A stretch of 32,000 nt of DNA from positions 1,680,001-1,712,000 of the forward strand of contig NZ_CP010341.1 in assembly GCF_000940845.1 (NCBI RefSeq), read 5' to 3'. The position numbers and the translations under genes were made by a program. Below, in pieces: positions 23,897 through 32,000 of the stretch. Source of the DNA: Propionibacterium freudenreichii subsp. freudenreichii. Its GTDB lineage: Bacteria > Actinomycetota > Actinomycetes > Propionibacteriales > Propionibacteriaceae. Numbering within the stretch: position 1 is the first letter of the stretch; each line of letters begins with the position of its first letter. The notes below the pieces were generated by a model. It worked only from the letters and a program-made list of their open reading frames with translations. It was not told the origin of the DNA and searched no databases.

Positions 23897-24322
23897 ATGA
23901 CATGGGCACGCCATTTCTGGCTCAAGGTCGTTTCCGCGGTGTGGGTCCTGGTGGCGATGGGATCCACCGCCGTGGCGGCGCTGACGATCACCGTCAATGA
24001 CGATCTCCCCGTGAGGGTGATGGCCGTCATCGCCACCGTGTTGCTGGTGCCGGGGTTGATCATGGCGTTGGTCGCCCACGACCATCCGGCGGGCCGGTGC
24101 TTCCTGGCCGGCCGCTTCCTCACCTACGCAGGGGCCGCGGCGATCCTGGTCAGGTGCCTGTTCCAGGCGGGATCCGACCTGGTCAACATCGGCGGTTGGA
24201 TCGGCGTGCTGCTCGAGGTCGTGCTGCTGATCGTCCCCGCGCTGCTCGTGGCCACGCCATCACCGACGGGCCGTGCCCCGACCACTGCCCCGGGAGGGCC
24301 ACTGGCCATCCAGCGCCCCTGA
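23897..24322 (+). CDS. Hypothetical 4-TM membrane protein
   Basis: 141 aa. GGGAGG RBS 7 nt upstream. Four hydrophobic segments. Good GC3 bias. Confidence 0.6.
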   Translation: MTWARHFWLKVVSAVWVLVAMGSTAVAALTITVNDDLPVRVMAVIATVLLVPGLIMALVAHDHPAGRCFLAGRFLTYAGAAAILVRCLFQAGSDLVNIGGWIGVLLEVVLLIVPALLVATPSPTGRAPTTAPGGPLAIQRP

Positions 24323-24362
24323 GGGTCCTTCCCGTCCGGCCAGCCGCATCATCTGCGGTGGC

Positions 24363-25412
24363 TCACACTCCGGCAACCTCGTGGCTGATGGCCACCCAAC
24401 GCTCGAGCAGCTCGGTGGCCCTGCCCTGCGAAATGGTGGTGAAGGCCTCCTCCAGGCGGGGACGCATCTGGTCGACCAACGGTTCAGTGAAGTTCGGCCC
24501 GTCGAAGGCGAGCATCGCCGCGGCCGCATTGAGGCCAACGATGTCACGAACCGGACCGGTCTGGCCGGCAAAGACGTCACGGGCGACCTGGGCATTGTGC
24601 GCCGGGTCTCCGCCCACCAGGTCACTGGGACGGGCAGGGGCCAGGCCGAGTGCCGCGGGGTCAAGCGTCGTCTGGTGGACGGCGCCGTCACGGATCAGCC
24701 AGATGTCGGTCTCGCCGGTGGTGGTGAGCTCGTCGAGGCCGTCCTTGCCGTGGAACACCAGACCGCGATTGCCACGGTCGGCGAGCACGCCGGCCACCAG
24801 CCCCGCTATGCGGAAGTTGGCCACGCCGATCGCCTGTGCCTGTGGCCGTGCCGGGTTGGCCAGGGGCCCAAGGAAGTTGAAGGTGGTCTGGATGCCCAGT
24901 TCCTTGCGCGCGGGCGCCGCGAAGCGCAGTGACGCATGGTAAAGCGGCGCGAACAGGAAGGATATCCCGGCCTGGTCGAACACCTGGGGCTGCTTGGCGG
25001 GGTCGATGTCGATCACCAGGCCGAGCGCCTCGAGGCAGTCGGCAGTGCCCGACATGGAACTCGCAGCACGGTTGCCGTGCTTGATCACCGGACGGCCGCT
25101 GGCGGCCGCGACGATGGCCGCCATGGTGGAGATGTTGACGGTATTGGCGCGGTCGCCACCCGAACCCACGACATCGACGGCATCATTGGGCATCTTCAGG
25201 CTGACGGCCTTGTCGAGCATCACATCGGCCATGCCGCGGATCTCGCCAACCGTCTCGCCCTTGGCGCGCAGGGCGACCAGGAAGCCCGCCACCTGCACGG
25301 GGCTCGCATTGTTGGACAGGATCTGGTCCATCGCCCAGGACACCTCGGCGGCGTCCATGTCGTCGTGTTCAAGCAGTCCGGTCAGCACGCTGGCCCACGT
25401 GAATTGGGCCAT
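24363..25412 (-). CDS. trpD: Anthranilate phosphoribosyltransferase
   Basis: AGFLVALRAKGET, VDVVGSGGDRANTVNISTMAA and KHGNRAASSMSGTADCLEALG are TrpD signatures. The ATG overlaps the upstream stop (TAATG). Confidence 0.92.
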   Translation of the reverse strand: MAQFTWASVLTGLLEHDDMDAAEVSWAMDQILSNNASPVQVAGFLVALRAKGETVGEIRGMADVMLDKAVSLKMPNDAVDVVGSGGDRANTVNISTMAAIVAAASGRPVIKHGNRAASSMSGTADCLEALGLVIDIDPAKQPQVFDQAGISFLFAPLYHASLRFAAPARKELGIQTTFNFLGPLANPARPQAQAIGVANFRIAGLVAGVLADRGNRGLVFHGKDGLDELTTTGETDIWLIRDGAVHQTTLDPAALGLAPARPSDLVGGDPAHNAQVARDVFAGQTGPVRDIVGLNAAAAMLAFDGPNFTEPLVDQMRPRLEEAFTTISQGRATELLERWVAISHEVAGV

Positions 25413-25936
25413 TACTCAGCCATTTCCTGGGGCTGGTCATGCTTGTCGGGAGCGTGACGGCTCGCGCTGCCGGGAGCCGGCTCGGGTTCGGGCTTCATCG
25501 GGAAGGCCTGACCGGAACGGGCCCGACGCACCACCTCGGCAGCCGTGTCGGGCAGCCGGATCGGATCGATCGGATAGGGCGAGATGGCCTCCGCGTTGGA
25601 CCACGCGGCCAGCCAGGCGTCGGTGGGGCGGGCGATGAGCAGCACGACGGGCGGCGGCGATGCCAGCTCGTCCTTCATCTGGTGCGAGATGCCCATGCCA
25701 CCGGAGGGGACTGCCTCGCCGTCGAGGATCGCCAGGTCAAAGTGCTCGTGGTCGAGCGCCTCGAACAGGGCGTCCTGCGTGGCGAACTCGGTGACTGCAA
25801 TCTCCGGGAGGTCACGGGCGATCTTTCGTCCGAGCGCCAGGCGCACCTGCTGGCGCACCGTGCGGTCATCGGAATACACGATCACCTTCAGCGGCGTCGC
25901 GCCGTTCGTGGAATCGGAGCTGGCCACACTACTCAT
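25412..25936 (-). CDS. Atypical single-domain response-regulator receiver-like protein
   Basis: 174 aa. CheY-like layout: KVIVYSDD (acidic pair) and FDLAILDGEA (phospho-acceptor position). The conserved Thr/Ser and Lys-Pro positions read LLIARP and SPYPIDP. No output domain is present. AAGGA RBS. Confidence 0.6.
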   Translation of the reverse strand: MSSVASSDSTNGATPLKVIVYSDDRTVRQQVRLALGRKIARDLPEIAVTEFATQDALFEALDHEHFDLAILDGEAVPSGGMGISHQMKDELASPPPVVLLIARPTDAWLAAWSNAEAISPYPIDPIRLPDTAAEVVRRARSGQAFPMKPEPEPAPGSASRHAPDKHDQPQEMAE

Positions 25937-26145
25937 GGAACCGTCCTTGGCTGGGCATCACAGTGTTGTCGCGCGTCATGCTACCGCGCACGGCCCGTCG
26001 GGGTTGCCCTGACCGAACAGCCCCTCGGGGACCCAATGACGCTATCAGCGTGGCCCCTGAGCGGGGAAAAGCCACCCCGCCGGGCGCATGTACGACCCCG
26101 CAATGACCTCGAATATGAGAACTTGTGTGGGCACGGCACAATTGA

Positions 26146-27612
<1,467 letters not shown>

Positions 27613-27629
27613 CACACCGGGGACACCGC

Positions 27630-27659
27630 CGAACCCCGAATGAGTCGAACCCCGAATGA
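27630..27659 (+). repeat. Direct repeat CGAACCCCGAATGA x2 (16-bp period)
   Basis: Copies at 27630..27643 and 27646..27659, immediately 5' of the palindromic terminator. Confidence 0.6.
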
Positions 27660-27660
27660 T

Positions 27661-27700
27661 GTGAAAGGGGCCTCTCCCAATTGGGAGAGGCCCCTTTCAC
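27661..27700. terminator. Perfect 40-bp palindrome (18-bp stem, AATT centre); probable bidirectional terminator
   Basis: GTGAAAGGGGCCTCTCCC-AATT-GGGAGAGGCCCCTTTCAC lies midway between the convergent guaB1 (stop 27612) and erpA (stop 27751). Confidence 0.6.
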
Positions 27701-27750
27701 ATCTGTGTGGGTAGCAGTGCCGAGGCCCTGCCACCCACGTCGACGACGGA

Positions 27751-28101
27751 TCAGTGGAACGAATCGCCACAGGCGCAGGTGCTCTGCGCATTGGGATTGT
27801 CGATGGTGAAGCCCTGCTGCTCGATGGTGTCGACGAAATCGATGGTCGCACCACCCAGGTACGGAGCGCTCAGCCGGTCAACCACCAGGTCGACGCCGTC
27901 GTAGGCATCCACCAGGTCGTCGGGCAGGCGTGAATCATCGAAGGCGAGGCGGTAGCGCAGTCCCGAGCAGCCGCCGGGCTGCACCTCGACGCGCAGGGCG
28001 AGGTCGTCGCGACCCTCCCCCTCGAGCAGGGTGCGGGCCTTCTGTGCGGCAGCATCGGTGAGCGTCACACCGGTGACCTTCTCCTGAATCGTGTCTGACA
28101 T
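27751..28101 (-). CDS. erpA: Iron-sulfur cluster insertion protein (HesB/IscA/ErpA family)
   Basis: 116 aa from the ATG at 28101. QPGGCSGLRY and the C-terminal CACGDSF are A-type carrier cysteine motifs. Confidence 0.9.
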   Translation of the reverse strand: MSDTIQEKVTGVTLTDAAAQKARTLLEGEGRDDLALRVEVQPGGCSGLRYRLAFDDSRLPDDLVDAYDGVDLVVDRLSAPYLGGATIDFVDTIEQQGFTIDNPNAQSTCACGDSFH

Positions 28102-28258
28102 ATCGATGTCCCTTCGTCTCCATGCGTTCCTTGACGGCACCGGGGTCGCCGGGCCATCGCTGCATCAGTTCATGGGGTTTGTGGCCGGTCGCTGCGGGTG
28201 GGCGCCGGCTTCACCACCGTGGCACAGCTTATGTGCCCGTTCCCACGGGTTCCAGTGC

Positions 28259-29191
28259 CTACCAGATCCAGCTGCGGGCGAATCCGCCACAAGCGGACGT
28301 CACATCGGCGTCGTCACCGATCGCGTGCACGGCCTCGATACCGACCGAGCGCTGCCCGATCTCGTAGGTGTGGTTGGTCCGCGCGATCACCACCACCGGC
28401 TTCTCGTGCTTGTTGGCGAGCGCGGCGACATAGTCGGTGACCGGGCTGCCCCAGTGGTCCACGTCAAAGACATCGCACGAGGTGACGACCAGGTCCGCGC
28501 GGGCGATGGACTGTTCCAACCGGGCGGCCCGGGCGAGCACGTCCACCCCACTGCGCACCGTTCCGCCGAACGCCTGGACCACGGCGCCGGCGCCTCCTCC
28601 GGCGCCCGACCCGGGGACCCGCCCCGGAAGTCCTGACGCGTCCTCACCGGTGGATCCGGGTCCGGACCCGGCAGGGGCCTGCCCGGTGGGGCCACTTCCC
28701 ACGGCGGCCCGCAGCCCCTGTGCCCAGTGCTCCAGGCCCCGGTCGAGCCCAAGTCGCTCGGCAAGGCCCAGGTCGCCCCGGGTGCCGGCGAGTCCGAGTG
28801 GGCCGGTGAGCAGTTGTCCGGTCTGGTCCGCGGCGCAGATGCCGACCAACTCGACGCCGTGGGCGCGCCGCTGGCGCTGCCGCTCGAGTGCGACATCGAA
28901 GTCCATGGCCGACATGTCCACCGTCGGCGACCAGTGCCGGGGCAGATTGCACACGCCCACCGAGGCCATGGCCGCCACGATGGCATCGGGGCCATGGCCG
29001 GTCAGCGACAGGTAGTGGGCCGGATCGTCGGGACACAGTGCCCGGTGGGCACGCGCCCAATCGGCGCCCGGCTCGGCCAGGCCGAGGGCAGCCACGTGGG
29101 CACCGGCGGACCGCCAGGCACGCCCGATGAGCACGGCGGCGTCCACGCCGTCGTGGTCGCCGATCCGCCCCGCAGCAACGAGTGCTCGCAC
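28259..29191 (-). CDS. Divergent glycerate-kinase-fold protein (motifs degenerate)
   Basis: The C-terminal half aligns by eye to glycerate kinase (GSGAGGGAGAVVQAFGG...ADLVVTSCDVFD...KPVVVIA versus GAGAAGGMGAAL..LVITGEGRID..KPVIGIAG). The N-terminal APDSFK-type motif is replaced (AAGRIGDH). There is a Gly/Pro-rich insert. The GTG start lies 3 nt after the pspAA stop. Confidence 0.5.
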   Translation of the reverse strand: MRALVAAGRIGDHDGVDAAVLIGRAWRSAGAHVAALGLAEPGADWARAHRALCPDDPAHYLSLTGHGPDAIVAAMASVGVCNLPRHWSPTVDMSAMDFDVALERQRQRRAHGVELVGICAADQTGQLLTGPLGLAGTRGDLGLAERLGLDRGLEHWAQGLRAAVGSGPTGQAPAGSGPGSTGEDASGLPGRVPGSGAGGGAGAVVQAFGGTVRSGVDVLARAARLEQSIARADLVVTSCDVFDVDHWGSPVTDYVAALANKHEKPVVVIARTNHTYEIGQRSVGIEAVHAIGDDADVTSACGGFARSWIW

Positions 29192-29194
29192 CGA

Positions 29195-29485
29195 TCAGCC
29201 CGGGAAGAGCCCATCGGGGCGGTCGTCGGAGGCCAACATGGTGGCGACATCCTGCAGCGATGAATCGGGACCGGGGATGATCAGGTCCGAATCGCGCAGG
29301 TCATCGTCGTCGATGGCCACGCCCTGGCGCCTGACGCGGGCGTCGAGTTCACGCAGCGCCAGGCCGAGCCCGGTGGCGTCCTGGGCCCGTACGGCCGACT
29401 CGATCTGACGATCGAGTTCGTTGAATTCGGGGAGGGCGTCGTCGGGAAGCTCCCACTGGCCCTCGCCACTGATACGCACGATCAT
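29195..29485 (-). CDS. PspA-associated protein (PspAA)
   Basis: 96 aa and acidic. The N-terminus MIVRISGEGQWELPDDALPEFNELD is as I recall for PspAA. The ATG overlaps the pspA stop (ATGA). Confidence 0.65.
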   Translation of the reverse strand: MIVRISGEGQWELPDDALPEFNELDRQIESAVRAQDATGLGLALRELDARVRRQGVAIDDDDLRDSDLIIPGPDSSLQDVATMLASDDRPDGLFPG

Positions 29486-30276
29486 TGCTGTTGCCCCTTC
29501 TGCTGATCCGCCTCGATCGCCGGGGAAGTGAACCCGGGCTGTACCTGCTGGGCGCCGGTGGTGCCCGGGCCCGCAATGCCGAGCTGGCTCTTCATTGCCT
29601 CCAGCTCGCTTTCGACCCCGGACCCCGACGCCATGGCGTCCAGCTCCCGGGTGATGTCGTCCTGCACCATCCCGGTGGGATCCTCCAGCGCCCCGGACGC
29701 GATCAACTCGTCGACCGCACCGGCGCGGGCCTGCATCTGCTGGGTCTTGTCCTCGGCGCGCTGGATTGCCTGGCCGACGTCGCCCATCTCCTCGCTCAGG
29801 CCGCTGAATGCGTCATTGACGCGGGTCTGGGCCTCGGCGGCCGAGTACTGGGCCTTGATGGTCTCCTTGCGGGTGCGGAAGGCCTCGACCTTCGCCTGCA
29901 GCCGGGTGGAGGCCCGCACGAGCTTCTCCTCCTCGGCGGCCAGCGACGCATGTTGCGTCTGGAGGTCGGCGAGCTGGCCCTGGAGCCCCGATTTGCGCGT
30001 CAGTGCCTCACGGGCAAGGTCTTCGCGTCCCTGGGCCAGGGCGCGCTGGGCGGCCAGGGTGAGCTTGTCCATTTCCTGCCCGAGCTGGGTTGCCTGCAGT
30101 TCGACGCGCTTGCGGCTGGTGGCCACATCGGCCACGCCACGACGTACCTTCTGCAGCAGTTCCCGCTGGCGCTCGTAGGAATAGTCCAGGGTCTCGCGGG
30201 GATCCTCATGCTTGTCCAGGGCCTTGTTCGCCTTGGACTTGAAGATCATCGAGAGCCGTTCGAGGATGCCAGCCAT
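29482..30276 (-). CDS. pspA: PspA/IM30 family (phage-shock protein A-like) membrane-stress protein
   Basis: MAGILERLSMIFKSKANKALDKHEDPRETLDYSYERQRELLQKVRRGVADV... is a classic PspA N-terminus followed by a long coiled-coil. GGAAGGA RBS. Confidence 0.9.
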   Translation of the reverse strand: MAGILERLSMIFKSKANKALDKHEDPRETLDYSYERQRELLQKVRRGVADVATSRKRVELQATQLGQEMDKLTLAAQRALAQGREDLAREALTRKSGLQGQLADLQTQHASLAAEEEKLVRASTRLQAKVEAFRTRKETIKAQYSAAEAQTRVNDAFSGLSEEMGDVGQAIQRAEDKTQQMQARAGAVDELIASGALEDPTGMVQDDITRELDAMASGSGVESELEAMKSQLGIAGPGTTGAQQVQPGFTSPAIEADQQKGQQQ

Positions 30277-30575
30277 GCGCTATCGGTCCTTCCGATCGGG
30301 ATAGGTCATCTGCGGGACTCATCGTCCCCGGAGGCCGTGGTCTGCAGCGGTTGTACCGCAGAACGGTCAGGTCACCACCATTGTTCCATCTCGCCGTTCC
30401 ATCGGCCGCCTTTCGGGCGCGCCCACCAAGACCCACCGTCCCCCATCAATCCCGGGATTTCTTCGCGAACACGGCCCACCCGGGCGCCGGGGTCGAGCGG
30501 GCAGGCCCGGCCGTTTAGACTTGGACACAGAAATCCACCAGGAACATCGACGTAGCAACATCAAAGGGGTGCGCA

Positions 30576-31130
30576 GTGGCAACCAGCCGTTCACGCGAGA
30601 CGGTCGAGCCGGTTGACGAGGAGACCGAGCGCGACGCCGGACGCAAGGGAGCGCCGACCCCCACGCGCAAGCAGGCCGAACAGGCCCGCATGCAGCGTCT
30701 GCACCCCGTGCTGACCAAGAAGGAACAGAAGGCCCGCGACCGGCAGGCCCGCGCCCGCAAGCGCGACGAGCAGTACAAGAAGGTGGAGGAGATGCCCGAG
30801 CGCGTGCTGTTGCGCAACAACATCGACTCCCACTGGTCCGTGGCGGAGTTCGCCTGGCCGGTCGTCTTCCTGCTGCTCGCCTGCGTGCTGGCCACGCAGA
30901 TCCTGCCGGTGCTGTCGCTGGTGGGCACCCTGGGCATCTGGGTGTTCTTCCTGGTGTGCGCGGTCAATGTGTGGTGGCGCTGGCGCAGCTACAAGCGCGA
31001 GGCCACCGAGCGCATCCCGGGCTTCACAACGCGCGGCAAGGGCCTGATCGGCTACATGATGTCGCGCATGATCACCATGCGCCGCTTCCGCAATCCGGGC
31101 CCGGCGATCAAGCGCGGGGAGGCCTACTGA
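30576..31130 (+). CDS. DUF3043-family membrane protein
   Basis: Basic N-terminus GRKGAPTPTRKQAEQARMQRL. Two TM helices (WPVVFLLLACVLATQILPVLSLVGTLGIWVFFLVCAV). GTG start with AGGGG upstream. Confidence 0.8.
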   Translation: MATSRSRETVEPVDEETERDAGRKGAPTPTRKQAEQARMQRLHPVLTKKEQKARDRQARARKRDEQYKKVEEMPERVLLRNNIDSHWSVAEFAWPVVFLLLACVLATQILPVLSLVGTLGIWVFFLVCAVNVWWRWRSYKREATERIPGFTTRGKGLIGYMMSRMITMRRFRNPGPAIKRGEAY

Positions 31131-31345
31131 TGGCATTCATCTGGACCGGCGAACCGGCGGCGGACAGCGACCTGACCGACGATGAGATGAAGGCCCTCGG
31201 GTTGGGTCAGCCCTTCGAGAGCCAGGGCGACGCCGAGGCCTGGCTGACTGCCGCCTACGGCGAGCTCTCGGACGCCGGCATCATCTCGGTGAGCCTGCAC
31301 GACGGCGACCAGCTGGCGTATTCGATGAGCCTGGAAGAGGCCTGA
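31130..31345 (+). CDS. Small acidic hypothetical protein (71 aa)
   Basis: The ATG overlaps the DUF3043 stop (TGATG). High GC3. MAFIWTGEPAADSDLTDDEMKALGLGQPFESQGDAEAWL... I recognised no family. Confidence 0.55.
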   Translation: MAFIWTGEPAADSDLTDDEMKALGLGQPFESQGDAEAWLTAAYGELSDAGIISVSLHDGDQLAYSMSLEEA

Positions 31346-31386
31346 CACCCACCACTGCCCCACGGCGGGCCGACGACCACCCATTC

Positions 31387-31430
31387 ATGATGATGCGGCC
31401 CGGACCAATTGGTCCGGGCCGCATCATCAT
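31387..31430. terminator. Perfect 44-bp palindrome (20-bp stem, AATT centre); probable bidirectional terminator
   Basis: ATGATGATGCGGCCCGGACC-AATT-GGTCCGGGCCGCATCATCAT lies between the convergent small ORF (stop 31345) and gcvT (stop 31499). Confidence 0.6.
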
Positions 31431-31498
31431 CGTCAGGGACCCCACCGGCCGACGGGCCCCGCCCGCAGGTCAGATGACCGGGAAGGCCGTTCGCACCA

Positions 31499-32000
31499 TC
31501 AGCGGACGTGGGGCTGCACGAAGGGCGGCTTCACCACGTCGAACTCCTCGACACGATTGCGAACCACCACGCCGACCTTGTCGCCCGGCTTGATGGAGGT
31601 GTCGATCAGCGCCAGGCCGATGCCGATGCGCAACGTCGGACTGAAGGTCCCGGAGGTCAGCACGCCGATGGGCTCGGCGTCCGGGCCGGCACCGGCGGGC
31701 ACCACGGACATGCCCGGGCGCGGGATGCCGCGTCCCACGGCCCGCAGGCCACGGTTTCGCCGGGCCGGCTTGTTGGCCCGGATGGCGCGCAATGCCTCGG
31801 CTCCCCGGAAATCCGGCTTGTCCCAGCCGATCGCCCAGGTCAGTCCGGCACTGACGGGATCGATCTCGGGCGAGATCTCGTGCCCGTGCAGCGAGTAGCC
31901 CATCTCCGTGCGCAGGGTGTCGCGCGCCGCCAGTCCGCAGGGCACGATGCCGAAGGGCTTCCCGGCCTCCAACACCTTTTCCCAGACGGCCACCGCATGG
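31499..32000 (-). CDS. gcvT: Glycine cleavage system aminomethyltransferase, C-terminal part (gene continues beyond the window)
   Basis: CGLAARDTLRTEMGYSLHGHEI...GVLTSGTFSPTL...VVVRNRVEEFDVVKPPFV is the GcvT C-terminal domain. The frame is open to the window edge. Confidence 0.88.
   Translation of the reverse strand, partial: HAVAVWEKVLEAGKPFGIVPCGLAARDTLRTEMGYSLHGHEISPEIDPVSAGLTWAIGWDKPDFRGAEALRAIRANKPARRNRGLRAVGRGIPRPGMSVVPAGAGPDAEPIGVLTSGTFSPTLRIGIGLALIDTSIKPGDKVGVVVRNRVEEFDVVKPPFVQPHVR

Overview
High-GC (by eye, about two-thirds G+C) actinobacterial chromosomal DNA. It is almost fully coding, with about 31 genes. I found no rRNA, tRNA, CRISPR array, transposase or integrase. From 7.7 kb to 32 kb the window is a compacted housekeeping neighbourhood: metF, idsA-type polyprenyl synthase, a PASTA Ser/Thr kinase, an EamA transporter, an MBL hydrolase, class II DAHP synthase, two PlsC acyltransferases, an M23 peptidase, a RAM-domain protein, cyclophilin, a GNAT-MazG fusion, trpD, a GuaB1-type IMPDH homologue, erpA, pspA-pspAA, DUF3043 and gcvT. 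The gene order resembles what I remember for the M. tuberculosis Rv2172c-Rv2211c region. The most unusual content is in the left 7.7 kb. A LexA-box-controlled operon encodes a small Trp-rich protein, an error-prone DnaE2-type polymerase and a catalytically intact DinB. This is not the canonical imuA-imuB-dnaE2 arrangement. It is divergent from a HelD-like RNA-polymerase-associated ATPase whose upstream region carries a perfect 11-bp-arm inverted repeat. Other points worth a second look are: a GNAT-MazG-like fusion; an orphan A24 prepilin-peptidase flanked by an Arg-rich hypothetical and a 4-TM protein; an atypical receiver-domain protein translationally coupled to trpD; a pspA-pspAA operon extended by a degenerate glycerate-kinase-fold protein; three perfect 34-44 bp palindromes with AT-only cores at convergent gene junctions; and several apparent leaderless-gene promoter configurations. 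All functional calls come from reading motifs in the supplied translations. No database search was run. Most long antisense ORFs in the track are high-GC artefacts.
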